64,000 nucleotides of DNA from an uncultured Christensenella sp. (GCA_949284695.1 CASDWJ010000019.1:279-64278), one strand, 5' to 3'. Shown: positions 29,074 to 39,915, counted from the first letter of the stretch. Numbers and translations: made by a program. Notes: generated from the letters alone by a model not told the origin.

Positions 29074-30567
29074 TCAGACGGGTTTTCTGAAGCTGAACCC
29101 TTCCTTCTCCCATCTCGATACCTGAGAGGTTATTATACCTATAAATTCGTCGTTGTTCTTGGTCTTGACGATATAATCTATCAGCTTTTCCGTAGCTTCC
29201 TGACTGTCCATCGCGCTTAACATCTTTCTGACAGAGAAAACACCCTCGAGTTCTTTCTGAGTAAGCAACATGTCTTCCCTTCTCGTACTCGATCTGTTGA
29301 TGTCGATCGCGGGGAATATCCTTCTTTCGCTGAGTTTGCGGTCGAGGTGAATTTCCATATTTCCCGTGCCCTTGAACTCCTCGTAGATGACGTCGTCCAT
29401 ACGGCTGCCCGTATCTATAAGCGCGGTTGCGATTATGGTCAGAGAGCCGCCATTCTCGATATTTCTCGCACTGCCGAAAAATCTCTTGGGACTGTGGAGC
29501 GCGCCCGGGTCGATACCGCCCGACAACGTCCTGCCTGTGGGCGGGATCGTCAGGTTGTATGCCCTTGCAAGCCTCGTCAGCGAATCCATGATGATGACGA
29601 CGTCTTTGCCGAGCTCTACGTTGCGCTTTGCCCTTTCGATCAGCAGTTCTGCCGATTTGCAGTGGTGCTCGGGCGTCTCGTCAAACGTCGAATAGATGAC
29701 CTCGCCGTTGATGCTCCTCTGCATATCGGTCACTTCTTCCGGTCTCTCGTCAACGAGAAGGACGAAAAGAAGCACGTCGGGATAATTGACGGAAATGCTG
29801 TTGGCGATCTTCTTGAGAAGGGTCGTCTTTCCTGCCTTGGGCGGCGAGACGATCATCGCTCTCTGCCCCTTTCCTATAGGCGCGACGAGGTCGATGCACC
29901 TGATCGCGAAGTCGCTCTTGCCCGTCTTGAGTTCGAGCCTGAGCCTCTCGTCGGGATATATCGGCACGAGGTTGTCGAAGTTGGGACGGTAACGCAGGTT
30001 TTCAGGCGGATTGCCGTTGACCTCCTCCACGGTTACGAGTGCGGGCGGCTTGTTTTCCGCATTTCTGCGCGCCCTGCCGACGACTTTGTCGCCCGCTCTG
30101 AGTCCCATCGACTTGATCAGCTTGGCGGACACATAAGTATCCTTGTTGCCGTACTCGCAATTTTCCGCCCTGAGGAAGCCGTAGCCGTCGGCATGGATGT
30201 CGAGCACGCCGTGCTTTTCCTCGAGTTCGTCCTGCGGCTCGTCGCTCGGTGCGTTGCTCTGCGATCCGCTCTGCACGTTGTCGCGCTCCTGACGTCTTTT
30301 GCCGCCCTTGCCGTCATCCTGCGGGGCAGGCTTTTTTTCCTGCTTACCGTCGTCCTCAAGCTCTCTCGGCTTGTTGACGGGACGGCGTCCGCGCGTGGTA
30401 CGGGTGGGCATTATCTCTCCCTCCGCAATACCGCGGTACTGTGCGATGATATCCTCTTTCTTTTTTGAAGTCGGAGACCTGACGCCTATGTCGCGCGCCA
30501 CTTCTCTAAGCTGAAAAACGGTCATTTTGTTCAACTCGTCCTCGGTGTAGAATTTTTTATCGCTCAT
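29074..30567 (-). CDS. rho: transcription termination factor Rho
   Basis: DGYGFLR, PIGKGQR, SPPKAGKTT, DERPEEVTD, DSLTRLARAYN, EFKGTGNME; N-terminal charged insertion. Confidence 0.98.
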   Translation of the reverse strand: MSDKKFYTEDELNKMTVFQLREVARDIGVRSPTSKKKEDIIAQYRGIAEGEIMPTRTTRGRRPVNKPRELEDDGKQEKKPAPQDDGKGGKRRQERDNVQSGSQSNAPSDEPQDELEEKHGVLDIHADGYGFLRAENCEYGNKDTYVSAKLIKSMGLRAGDKVVGRARRNAENKPPALVTVEEVNGNPPENLRYRPNFDNLVPIYPDERLRLELKTGKSDFAIRCIDLVAPIGKGQRAMIVSPPKAGKTTLLKKIANSISVNYPDVLLFVLLVDERPEEVTDMQRSINGEVIYSTFDETPEHHCKSAELLIERAKRNVELGKDVVIIMDSLTRLARAYNLTIPPTGRTLSGGIDPGALHSPKRFFGSARNIENGGSLTIIATALIDTGSRMDDVIYEEFKGTGNMEIHLDRKLSERRIFPAIDINRSSTRREDMLLTQKELEGVFSVRKMLSAMDSQEATEKLIDYIVKTKNNDEFIGIITSQVSRWEKEGFSFRKPV

Positions 30568-30749
30568 TTTTTTCTCCTGATAATATGTACTCTGCCAAGC
30601 ACGGATTTATTTGCATTTTGATAAAAACCGTCAAAAAACGTGCTTTTTAATCGTTTGTGGATTGATTTTGAAATGAAAACGAGAAATGAAATCTCTTGTA
30701 TTTTTGCCCGGTACGCGCAGTAATATGCGCGTACCGTCAATTTATTTAA

Positions 30750-31406
30750 TCAGAATTTTTCGTCCGAAAACACGAAAACCTTCGTGCAGTCGCCGTCGAA
30801 ATAATCGCGGTGCACTTCTATCGTATCGCCGTCAATGCGTACGATCTGTTCCTCATCGAAAAGCTCGAGGAATTTGTCGACTTTGTCAACGTCTATCTTG
30901 CAGGAAGGAGTCTCGTAGTGCATCGGTATGACGATGTCCGGCATGAGAAAATCAACGTACTCCTTGGCTTGCTCCGCGTCTATCGTATAGTTGCCGCCGA
31001 CCGGGATCATCAGCACGTTGACCGAGCCTATCGAATCGCCCAGTTTCACCGTACATTCTTCTCCCACGTCACCGAGGTGACAGAGGTCGACGCCGTCTAT
31101 CCTGAATTTGAAGATCAGGTTTTCGCCTCTCTTTTTACCGCCCTCGTTGTCGTGGTAGCTGAGCAGCGAAGATACGTCGATACCTTTGACTTCCCAGTAC
31201 CCCAGAGAGTCGATAACCTGCACGTCGGCGTTGAGTTTTTTCAGGTCGTCGTGATCGTTGTGGTGGTGGCTTAGAGTCACGGCGTCGGCGTTGACGTCCT
31301 GCATCTCGTAACCGACCAGCTTCTTACTGTAAGGGTCCGTCACTACGACGGTGCCCGTGGACTCTTCCAGTTTAAAAGCCGAGTGACCCAGCCAAGTAAT
31401 TTTCAT
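30750..31406 (-). CDS. MBL-fold metallo-hydrolase (UPF0173/Lactamase_B_3-like)
   Basis: ITWLGHSAF, TDPY, SHHHNDHD, HLGD, IPVGG and IPMHY motifs. Confidence 0.9.
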   Translation of the reverse strand: MKITWLGHSAFKLEESTGTVVVTDPYSKKLVGYEMQDVNADAVTLSHHHNDHDDLKKLNADVQVIDSLGYWEVKGIDVSSLLSYHDNEGGKKRGENLIFKFRIDGVDLCHLGDVGEECTVKLGDSIGSVNVLMIPVGGNYTIDAEQAKEYVDFLMPDIVIPMHYETPSCKIDVDKVDKFLELFDEEQIVRIDGDTIEVHRDYFDGDCTKVFVFSDEKF

Positions 31407-31409
31407 AAT

Positions 31410-32606
31410 TTATTCCTCTATATCCAAAGCAATCTGCTCCGGTTTGTTAGCGTTGAATTTTGCGATAAGTTCGTGGATCTTGTCGTGCGGGTCGAGCAAT
31501 TCGCTGAGCGACTTGTTCTGATCGCAAGCGGAGATGATGTACGCAAGGAACTTGGACATATCCGCCTGTATGAACCACTTTCTTTCAAGCAGCTCCTTGG
31601 GAGCGTAAGTCAGATTCGTGCTGATGACCGCGGTGAAAAGTCCCTGCTCGTAAGCGTCGTCGAACTTCTTGAGTCCCTCGGTGAACAGCGCATAGGTCGC
31701 CGAAAGGAATATCTTGCCGCAACCTCTTTCCTTGAGCTCGTTGCACAGCTTGAGCATCGAATCGCCTGTCGCGATGATGTCGTCGGCGACGAAGATGTCC
31801 TTGTTGTGGACGTCATTGCCGATATACTCGTGCGCGACGATCGGGTTCCTGCCGTTGACGACGTTGGCGTAGTCCCTTCTCTTGTAGAACATGCCGAGGT
31901 CTGTGCCGAGCACCGAAGCGTAATAGATGTTACGACTCATAGCGCCTTCGTCTGGGCTGACGATCATAAATCTTTCTCTGGTCATGTCGAGGTCTGTATA
32001 AGAACGCAGCATCGCCTTGAGTATCTGATAGGTGGGCAGGAAGTTGTCGAAGCCCATGAGGGGCACCGCGTTCTGCACGCGCGGATCGTGAGCGTCAAAG
32101 GTGATGATCTCGCTTACGCCCATCGACGTGAGTTCCTGAAGCATCTGCGCGCAGTCGAGAGACTCTCTCGCATTGCGGCGGTGCTGTCTGCCGCCGTAAA
32201 GGCTGGGCATTACCACGGTGATCGACTTCGCCTTGCCGCCGCACGCCGCTATGACTCTCTTGAGGTCGCAGTAGTGGTCGTCGGGCGACATATTGTTTTC
32301 AAAGCCGAACATATTGTATGTGATAGAATAATTGCCCACGTCGCAGAGGATATAGAGATCCTTGCCTCTGATCGTCTCCATAACGAGTCCCTTGCCGTCT
32401 CCCGTGGTGAATCTGGGGCATACGTTCTTTATAAGGAATGTATCGCGGTGAAAGTTCTTGCCCTGCGCCTTCGCCTCCTGGTTGTACCAGTTGACGAGGT
32501 AGTAGTCAACCTTGTCGCCGAGTTCTTTCGCACCCGCAAGCGCGATCAGCGCCATGTTGGAAGTGTCTTTGTCAAAATTGAATATAGACTCAAAAAACGG
32601 TCTCAT
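31410..32606 (-). CDS. prs: ribose-phosphate pyrophosphokinase (clostridial long type)
   Basis: RF..GDGKG, RQHRR..RESLD, ITFDAH, VSPDEG, KRRDY and DDIIATG motifs. Confidence 0.95.
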   Translation of the reverse strand: MRPFFESIFNFDKDTSNMALIALAGAKELGDKVDYYLVNWYNQEAKAQGKNFHRDTFLIKNVCPRFTTGDGKGLVMETIRGKDLYILCDVGNYSITYNMFGFENNMSPDDHYCDLKRVIAACGGKAKSITVVMPSLYGGRQHRRNARESLDCAQMLQELTSMGVSEIITFDAHDPRVQNAVPLMGFDNFLPTYQILKAMLRSYTDLDMTRERFMIVSPDEGAMSRNIYYASVLGTDLGMFYKRRDYANVVNGRNPIVAHEYIGNDVHNKDIFVADDIIATGDSMLKLCNELKERGCGKIFLSATYALFTEGLKKFDDAYEQGLFTAVISTNLTYAPKELLERKWFIQADMSKFLAYIISACDQNKSLSELLDPHDKIHELIAKFNANKPEQIALDIEE

Positions 32607-32876
32607 TCTTGCCTCCGTATTTATAAATATTGTCTTTGGATTTCACGGTATAAGAGTATTCGGCGTCTGCACTTTTGCGACGCGATAGATATAAAATTGT
32701 ATTTTGAAGTCGGTCGTCAGGTAAGTGATCCATAACTCCTCTCAGAATAAATATAATCGCGGCAACTGCCTCGGTTACATAAATATATTATCATTTAATA
32801 AGTTTTATTTCAACTAAAAAACAGAGTGAATTTTCAATAATTTTCGTCAATATTTTAACGCAAGCGCGAAAACTCT

Positions 32877-33602
32877 TTACGCCTGCGCTTTTTTAAACAC
32901 CTCGCCTATCGGCTCGTCGAACACGAGCGTCGCGTCGCTTCTGAACAGCGCGGTTTTGTTTATCAGCACGAGATCTTTGCCGTGAAAATACCTGACAAGA
33001 TCCGCCGCGGGATATACTCTCAGCGATGTTCCGCCGATTATCAGAGTGTCAGCCTCGGACACGTATTCTATCGCTCTTTCAAACACACCTTCGGGCAACT
33101 GCTCGCCGTAAAGCACTACGTCGGGCTTGATCAGTCCGCCGCATTCGCATACGGGCACTCCGCCAGAGTCCGCAACGTAACGGGCGTCGTATTTTCTGCC
33201 GCATACGGTACACGTATTGCTATGTATGGTGCCGTGAAGTTCCAGCACACTCCTGCTGCCAGCTGCCTGATGCAGACCGTCGATATTCTGCGTTATCACG
33301 GCTTTCACAAGCTCTTTCTTCTCCAGATCGGCAAGCGCGAGGTGCGCCGCGTTGGGCTTTGCGGAAAGCGGCAGCATATACTTTTTGTAGAAGTCGTAAA
33401 AATACTCCGTATGACTGTAAAAAAAGTCGTGCGAAAGTATTATCTCGGGCGGAATGTCGTATTTTTTTGCAAATATTCCTCCCGCAGAACGAAAATCCGG
33501 CACTCCGCTTTCGGTAGAAACGCCCGCGCCGCCGAAAAAGACGACGTTGCCTTTTGACAACATATCTTTCAATGCGTTTACTCTTTTAGCAAAATCTTCC
33601 AT
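32877..33602 (-). CDS. cobB: NAD-dependent protein deacylase (Sir2 family)
   Basis: GGAGVSTESGVPDFRS, TQNIDGLHQ, ELHG, zinc CxxC pairs, KPDVVLYGE, GTSL.VYPAA. Confidence 0.95.
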   Translation of the reverse strand: MEDFAKRVNALKDMLSKGNVVFFGGAGVSTESGVPDFRSAGGIFAKKYDIPPEIILSHDFFYSHTEYFYDFYKKYMLPLSAKPNAAHLALADLEKKELVKAVITQNIDGLHQAAGSRSVLELHGTIHSNTCTVCGRKYDARYVADSGGVPVCECGGLIKPDVVLYGEQLPEGVFERAIEYVSEADTLIIGGTSLRVYPAADLVRYFHGKDLVLINKTALFRSDATLVFDEPIGEVFKKAQA

Positions 33603-33615
33603 TTTTCCTTATTTG

Positions 33616-35241
33616 TTATTTCGTGAGCACATATGTCGTTATGCTCTGCGCGGGAAGGGTGACTTTGCCCGTCCATTCTCCCGCGACTTCGTTCCAACCC
33701 GTCTGCGTCTCACCGGTCGTGCATACCGTCGTCGCGTTCTTGTAGTCGTACAGACCGCCTACGGTCACGTTCTTTTCGCTTTTAGAATTGTTGATGACGA
33801 CAAGCACTACGCTGCCGTCGGCTTTTTTGAACGCGCTGTAATCCAGCCCCGCCCAGCCCGTCAGGTCAGAACACGTCGCGTCCACGCGCACGTCGCCTTT
33901 GTCGATATAACGCGAGAACTGTCCCATCACGTAGTATCTCTTGAGAACGGAAAGTTTCTGCGTGCCGTCGTCGAGTACGTCCCAGTAAACGAGACCGTCG
34001 TTGTAATCGCACGGCGAGACCGCGAGCCACCAGTTCCAGTCCACGGCGCTCAGCATAGTCAGATCGCGGCTTATCACGTTGCCGAGAAGAAGTCCACTCT
34101 CAATAGTATCGCTTCTGCCGCCGACCATCTCGCAATATTCAGTTATCGAAATGCCGAGTCCGGGGAAATTCTTGTCAATGTAATCCTGATATTTGTCTCT
34201 GTGCATTTTGCTGTCGTCCGCGCCGTAAGAATGGGCAGAGATATACTTGATGTCGTCGAAATAGTCGTATTCGCTCATCGCCTCGAGATATTCTTTTATA
34301 TCTTTGCGGTCGATATAGAATTTATAGTTTCCGCTTTCCAGCACGTCGCACTCGTAAGAAGTGCCGTTAGCCGCGTTGTACGCTTCGAGCTTGTCGAAAA
34401 ACACGTCGTAAAATTTCGCAAGAGGCTCCGGATCGAAATGACAGCCTTCCTGCGAAGAACCTTCTCCGCCCCAGTCCCACTGCGGCTCGTTGACAGGACT
34501 TATCACGACCTCGGGCACATTTTCGAGTGCCGACAGGTGTTTCTCGACAAGGTTGTCGACTATGATGAGTATATAATCACAATACGCCTCGTAAAATTCC
34601 TCTTTGAGATTATTCTGCTGTACTTCCGCGCCCGTACACGTGCCCGATACCGTCATAAGATAATGCGGAGAATTGGCAAAGAAAACTATTTTGTCTATGC
34701 TGCCCGTAGCAAGCGCCATATCGAGCATTTCAAGCGCGCCCGCGTCGCGGGTAAAATCGTAATTGCTCTCGTCGGCGAAAGCGGCTTTGAGCTGTTCGTC
34801 GGACGCGTCGAGGAAGTTCTCCGCCATAAAGAAGCTCTCCGCGCGCCTGTCGGGATCGAAATCCGATTTATTGTAAGGGAATACGTCGTCGAGGTTCTCG
34901 TCCGCAGAACCGCCGCCGATATTGAATCTCGCGATATTCAGCCTGAGTCCGTCCTCGCCGTAAAGCATAGCGATCGACTGTTCTTTGACCTCGTCGGTGC
35001 CTTCAAGCCCGAGTCTCTGGAACGTCCACGCCATAGAAGCTCCGAATCCCTGCACCGTCTGCATCTCGCTGCCGAGATCGACGCTGATGCGCAGATTCGC
35101 ATATGCGGCTACGCAATAAATACTCAGGCAGATCGCGGCGATAATGACAAGCACCAAAACCGTCAATCCCGTCTTTTTCGCGATATTTTTGCCGTTGTCT
35201 CTGAAAAACGTCTTTATTTCTTCTTTGGAAATCCTGTTCAA
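33616..35241 (-). CDS. membrane-anchored GH30 glycoside hydrolase
   Basis: N-terminal TM; QTVQGFGAS.AW, RFNIGGG, NSP, acid/base PVNEP, nucleophile ITEYC, YYVMGQFSRYI, LPAQSITT; TTG start. Confidence 0.88.
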   Translation of the reverse strand: MNRISKEEIKTFFRDNGKNIAKKTGLTVLVLVIIAAICLSIYCVAAYANLRISVDLGSEMQTVQGFGASMAWTFQRLGLEGTDEVKEQSIAMLYGEDGLRLNIARFNIGGGSADENLDDVFPYNKSDFDPDRRAESFFMAENFLDASDEQLKAAFADESNYDFTRDAGALEMLDMALATGSIDKIVFFANSPHYLMTVSGTCTGAEVQQNNLKEEFYEAYCDYILIIVDNLVEKHLSALENVPEVVISPVNEPQWDWGGEGSSQEGCHFDPEPLAKFYDVFFDKLEAYNAANGTSYECDVLESGNYKFYIDRKDIKEYLEAMSEYDYFDDIKYISAHSYGADDSKMHRDKYQDYIDKNFPGLGISITEYCEMVGGRSDTIESGLLLGNVISRDLTMLSAVDWNWWLAVSPCDYNDGLVYWDVLDDGTQKLSVLKRYYVMGQFSRYIDKGDVRVDATCSDLTGWAGLDYSAFKKADGSVVLVVINNSKSEKNVTVGGLYDYKNATTVCTTGETQTGWNEVAGEWTGKVTLPAQSITTYVLTK

Positions 35242-35410
35242 AGTCTTTCTCCCCCGTGCCGATTTACTTAATTATACCAAACGCAGCCGCACCGCGCAAC
35301 AAAAAATAAAAAAGGCGGCGCAAAACGAGAGTATCGTTTTATGCCGTTATTTCACCGAAATATCCATATTTGCGGGTTATAACGCCCGCACATTTCCGCA
35401 CCGACGTTTT

Positions 35411-35890
35411 TCAGGCGCGCGCTATTTTTGCAAATAAAGCCTGCGTCGCTCTCGCCAGATCCTCGGGGGAAGTCTCCACCTGCCGTCCCACCTTTCCCGC
35501 GCTGTAAACTATCTTTTCCTTGTCTTTCGCGCTCTCGTCGATGACGGTGACGAACTTCTTCTTCATACCTATCGGACTGCAACCGCCGTGGATATATCCC
35601 GTCAGCGGAAGAAGCTGTTTTTGCGGTATCATCTCAACGTTTTTGACCCCGACGCTCGCCGCCGCCGCTTTGAGATCGAGAGACCCTGTGACGGGCACGA
35701 CGAATACGTAATTCCTGCGGTCGTGTCCTTCCGTCACAAGCGTCTTGAACACGCATGACGGGTCTTTGCCGAGCGCTTTGGCTACAAGCGCGCCGTCCGT
35801 GGTCGTATTGTCGTACTCGTACGCCTCGTATGCTATGCCGAGAGTATCGAGCGTTCTCATCACGTTGGTCTTGTCTGTCTTCTTGCTCAT
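35411..35890 (-). CDS. ybaK: Cys-tRNA(Pro) deacylase
   Basis: KTNVMR.L, VFKTLV, LDLK, TGYIHGGCSPIG and SAGKVG motifs. Confidence 0.94.
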   Translation of the reverse strand: MSKKTDKTNVMRTLDTLGIAYEAYEYDNTTTDGALVAKALGKDPSCVFKTLVTEGHDRRNYVFVVPVTGSLDLKAAAASVGVKNVEMIPQKQLLPLTGYIHGGCSPIGMKKKFVTVIDESAKDKEKIVYSAGKVGRQVETSPEDLARATQALFAKIARA

Positions 35891-36591
35891 CTCTTTTTTA
35901 TCACCTCGTAATCGCCACTTCTCAGTATCGAAACAAGGTCTTTTTCATCCTTTGGCGCACGTCTGAGAAGCACTCCTCCTCCCTGACCGCCTTCGCAATG
36001 AAAATCGCTTCCTCCCGTCGGGATAAGCCCTCGTCTCGTACAGACTTTTTCCGCTTTTTTGTTGTGCGAATTGTGACCGGGATGCAGATTTGCGATCTCG
36101 ACGCCGTCCACGTAATTGTAATCCACCTCTGTGCATATCGACCTGTAAGGATGCGCCACGACGAGCAGACAGCCGTGTTTTTCCGCCCAGTCGTGAAACT
36201 GCTTGAGATCGTCGAAATTGAGTATGTCGTAACCGTACTCGAGAAGGAGCTCGGGCGTAATGCCGTAGACGAGTATCTCCGCATAGGGAGGCGCATACTT
36301 GTAATAGGTACAGAAATCGGGCGCCGCTTCCAGCCCGAAAAACACGTCGATGCCGTATCTTGCGCACTCGTCTTTCAGCTGATAGTAGTCGTGCATATAG
36401 TCGGTCATGACGTTGAGTCTGCTGCCGAAACACTGCGCGACGTAACCGAACAGATCTGTCCTATTGAAATGATTGGTCACCACGATACCGTTGTAACCCG
36501 CCTCTGCGTAAATACGCGCTATATCGCAAGGATCTTCCTGCCCGCAGTGGCTGTTGTGAATCGTATGCAAATGCATTTCCAGTTTATACAT
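35887..36591 (-). CDS. PHP-domain metal-dependent phosphoesterase
   Basis: EMHLHT, VTNH, GLE, AHPYR, VEIAN and GGSDFH motifs. Confidence 0.9.
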   Translation of the reverse strand: MYKLEMHLHTIHNSHCGQEDPCDIARIYAEAGYNGIVVTNHFNRTDLFGYVAQCFGSRLNVMTDYMHDYYQLKDECARYGIDVFFGLEAAPDFCTYYKYAPPYAEILVYGITPELLLEYGYDILNFDDLKQFHDWAEKHGCLLVVAHPYRSICTEVDYNYVDGVEIANLHPGHNSHNKKAEKVCTRRGLIPTGGSDFHCEGGQGGGVLLRRAPKDEKDLVSILRSGDYEVIKKR

Positions 36592-36728
36592 GTTGATCTC
36601 CGTGCTCCCCCTTCACGCACCTCGTCGGGCTTTCCGTCCGCTCCAATCCGACAGCGGATTTTATCTGCCCGTGTTGGTTTTAGATGTTTTACCCGCGCAA
36701 CGCGTCAGCACGCGGGCGCAATGCACGC

Positions 36729-37613
36729 TCAGGCGTCAAAGGACACTTTATAAGTATAGCTGAACGTCTTGCCCGGCTCGAGCATATGCACAAACGCCTT
36801 GTCCTTGAGTTCTCTGTCCGGATTCAGCTTATCGGGAGCGCCGTGCCACGGCTCTACGCATACGTAAGCGCCGCTCTCCTCCATGCTCCAGAACGCAAGC
36901 ACGTCCACCTCTCCGAAATCGAAATAGACGCTCTCTCCGTCAGCGAGTCTGAGCGCGAGCTTGTCTGTGCCGACGTCTGTCAGCATTACGGTCTTGTATT
37001 TTATCATCACGTCCTTGCCCGTACTCAGCCTGCTTATGGTGCCGAAGGGCGCTTTGCCCGTGATGTAATGTCCTTTTTCTTCGAGCGTCAGGTAATCGGG
37101 CGAGATCTCTTTGAGAAAATCTATATAGTTGCCGTCAGTATTTATCCTGCCGTTTTCGTAGGTCGCGCACACGTTGAAAGCGGGATGCGCTCCCATCATG
37201 AAATACATGAGTTTGTCGTCGACGTTCTTCGCGGTATGGGTCACAGTCAGCGAGCCGTCCTCGACTTTGAACCTGACCGAATACTCGTATTTGTAGGGAT
37301 ATTTTGTTAGCGAATCCTCGTTCCATACGTTGGTCAGCACGGTCTCGCTGTCAGAGATCCTCGTCTCCGAGAAGGGCTGATGTCTGCACACGCCGTGCAA
37401 AGGCACGTCATAGCGTTTGCCATCCACGGTATACCAGCCGTCTTTCTGTCTCGCGACAAACGGGAATATAACGACGTCCTGCTCAGTCCACGAATCCGCG
37501 CTCCCCTGCCAGAGGAACTCTCTGCCGTCTCTCGTTCTCTTGAGCGACGAGAGGGTCGCTCCGTCGGAATTGACCGACACGCTCAATTTGCCGTCAGATA
37601 TTGTCGATATCAT
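36729..37613 (-). CDS. aldose 1-epimerase family protein (LacX-like)
   Basis: GATLSS, EFLWQG, FPFV, HG, GAHPAF and YVCVEPWHG motifs. Confidence 0.9.
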   Translation of the reverse strand: MISTISDGKLSVSVNSDGATLSSLKRTRDGREFLWQGSADSWTEQDVVIFPFVARQKDGWYTVDGKRYDVPLHGVCRHQPFSETRISDSETVLTNVWNEDSLTKYPYKYEYSVRFKVEDGSLTVTHTAKNVDDKLMYFMMGAHPAFNVCATYENGRINTDGNYIDFLKEISPDYLTLEEKGHYITGKAPFGTISRLSTGKDVMIKYKTVMLTDVGTDKLALRLADGESVYFDFGEVDVLAFWSMEESGAYVCVEPWHGAPDKLNPDRELKDKAFVHMLEPGKTFSYTYKVSFDA

Positions 37614-37836
37614 AAATTCACCTCCGCAATATCAATAATTATATCACACCGCGCGTTTTTTGTCCATAACCTGAGCACGCGTAAACCGCCTTTTCCGGCT
37701 TTTAACCCGCTTTTAACGCCGCCGCGCGCGCAATAAATAAATCACGTCTTGACAACGCCCGACGAATATAAGATAATAATAATGTACGGGGGAATGTATA
37801 CGCCCGCGCAAGTTGCTTACTAAGTTGGAGTGGAAT

Positions 37837-39060
37837 ATGAAGTCGACAATCAGAAGGTATGCAAAATTGATGGTCAAGACGGGTGCCTGCGTCCGCAAGG
37901 ACGACGACGTCCTCATCATCTCCTCGATAGAGGGAGCGCCTCTCGCGCAGGCGATCACGGAATTCTGTTATAAAGCCAAGGCAAAGCGCGTGACGCTGGT
38001 CTATTCGGACGACAAGGCGAGCCGCCTGCACTTCCTTTATCAGGACGAGGCAACGCTGACCGATATCCCGTCCTGGGAAGCGGAAATGAAAAACTCTTAC
38101 AAGGGCAAGCATGCCGTTACGATACGCATCCTCACCGAGGATCCTCACCTGTACGACGGCGTCGACCCGCACAAGGTAGCCGCGCGCTCGAGAGCGGCGC
38201 ACAAGGCTTTCGCCGAATATTACGACAACGCGATGTCCAACAAGATCCGCTGGACTCTTTGCGCTGTCCCCGGTAAAGAATGGGCAAAGACGGTGTTCCC
38301 CGACCTCTCGCCGTCGAAGGCGGTGGCAAAGCTGTGGGAACTGATAATAAAGGCGATGCGTCTCGACGAAAAGGATTGCGTAAAGGCCTGGCAGGATTTT
38401 CAGAACGCGTCCGTCGCGAGAATAGACAAACTCAATTCGTTCGGGCTTAAGGAGCTGAGATACAAAAACTCTCTCGGCACAGATTTCACCGTGGGTCTGC
38501 CCGAGGGCGCTTATTTCAGCGGAGCGAAAGAATACACGGTATACGGCGCGCCCTTCTGCGCGAATATGCCGACAGAGGAGATCTTCACCCTGCCCGACAA
38601 GAATACGGGCAACGGCAAGATCGTCGCTTCGATGCCTCTCGTGCACAACGGCACGGTTATCGAAGATTTCTGGCTGAAGATCGAAAACGGCGTCATAGTG
38701 GATTTCAACGCGAGGAAGGGCTACGAGACTCTGAAAAACATAATCGGAACCGACGAAGGTTCAAGGAGACTGGGCGAGATAGCGCTCGTGCAGTACGACT
38801 CCCCCATTCAGAATCTGAAGACCCTTTTCTACAACACTCTGTTCGACGAAAACGCAAGCTGTCACTTCGCGATCGGAGAAGCGTATCCGCTGATACGCGG
38901 CGCAGAAAAGATGTCGCGCGAGCAACTCGACGCCCTCGGCGTGAACCGCTCGGGCGAACACGTGGATTTTATGGTCGGCACACCCGATCTCGACATAACG
39001 GGCATTACGGCAGACGGAGCCGAGGTCCCGATCTTCAGAGACGGCAATTTCTGTTTCTGA
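37837..39060 (+). CDS. M29 family aminopeptidase (PepS/AmpS-like)
   Basis: YAKL.V..G, ANMPTEEIFT.P, LGEIALV, FYNTLFDENASCHFAIG and HVDFM motifs; start set at ATG 37837 after GGAG; TTGACA-N17-GATAAT at 37749-37777. Confidence 0.94.
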   Translation: MKSTIRRYAKLMVKTGACVRKDDDVLIISSIEGAPLAQAITEFCYKAKAKRVTLVYSDDKASRLHFLYQDEATLTDIPSWEAEMKNSYKGKHAVTIRILTEDPHLYDGVDPHKVAARSRAAHKAFAEYYDNAMSNKIRWTLCAVPGKEWAKTVFPDLSPSKAVAKLWELIIKAMRLDEKDCVKAWQDFQNASVARIDKLNSFGLKELRYKNSLGTDFTVGLPEGAYFSGAKEYTVYGAPFCANMPTEEIFTLPDKNTGNGKIVASMPLVHNGTVIEDFWLKIENGVIVDFNARKGYETLKNIIGTDEGSRRLGEIALVQYDSPIQNLKTLFYNTLFDENASCHFAIGEAYPLIRGAEKMSREQLDALGVNRSGEHVDFMVGTPDLDITGITADGAEVPIFRDGNFCF

Positions 39061-39090
39061 CATACGTGCAAAAACGCGTGAGGTAAACTG

Positions 39091-39786
39091 ATGACAGGCA
39101 TTTACGTTATTTCGGGAATAATGATAGTGACGGCTTTTCTGACCGCCGCTTTCTACGTCAACGAACACCGCGTGGTCGCGACGATAGCAAAAGTCGTGTC
39201 CTCGCTCGGATTTATGCTCATCGGTTTCATAGCTCTGAGCAAGAATTTCGACAATCTGCTCAACCTCAAATACGGCATCGTAATGCTGACGGGACTTATG
39301 CTCTGTTTCGTCGGAGACGTGTTCCTGATGATAAAAGAACTGTTCACGGAGCGCACCGCCAACCTCTACCTTCTCCTCGGCGTCGGCGCGTTTTCACTCG
39401 CTCAGATCATGTTCGCGATCCGCTTCATCATGTATGCCGACAGATTCATCTTCTGGCTGTTGCCGATAGTGCTGATCGCTCCCGCGATACTTCTCGTCTC
39501 GCACAAACTCAAAATTGTCAGACTTGAAAAGACGGCGACAGGGCTCATCGCGTATTCTGTGATCATAGGATTTACCACGGTCTGCGCGCTCAATCTGCTG
39601 ATAGTCAACCCGTCCGCGCGTTCGGTCGCGCTGCTTGTCGCGATGGCGGCGTTTATGATATCGGATACCGCGCTGTGCTACACATATTACGGCAGATCGG
39701 TCACTCTGCGCCGCATACTCAATTATCTCGTAATGCTGTTTTATTACGCGGCTACAATACTTCTCGCATACTCGATGTTGCTGTAA
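39091..39786 (+). CDS. YhhN/lysoplasmalogenase-family membrane protein
   Basis: About 8 TM segments; K...S..F, GDVFL, F..AQ, FMISD and YYAA motifs. Confidence 0.8.
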   Translation: MTGIYVISGIMIVTAFLTAAFYVNEHRVVATIAKVVSSLGFMLIGFIALSKNFDNLLNLKYGIVMLTGLMLCFVGDVFLMIKELFTERTANLYLLLGVGAFSLAQIMFAIRFIMYADRFIFWLLPIVLIAPAILLVSHKLKIVRLEKTATGLIAYSVIIGFTTVCALNLLIVNPSARSVALLVAMAAFMISDTALCYTYYGRSVTLRRILNYLVMLFYYAATILLAYSMLL

Positions 39787-39915
39787 AACCCGATACATAT
39801 CGCAAGAACTTATGTTCTCCTCCGATTTTTATCGGAGGTTTTTCTTTCTCCCGCAATCGCAGACCACCGCGCGCGGATAAAAAATCCGCTCCTTTCGGAG
39901 CGGAACTTTTCTTGT

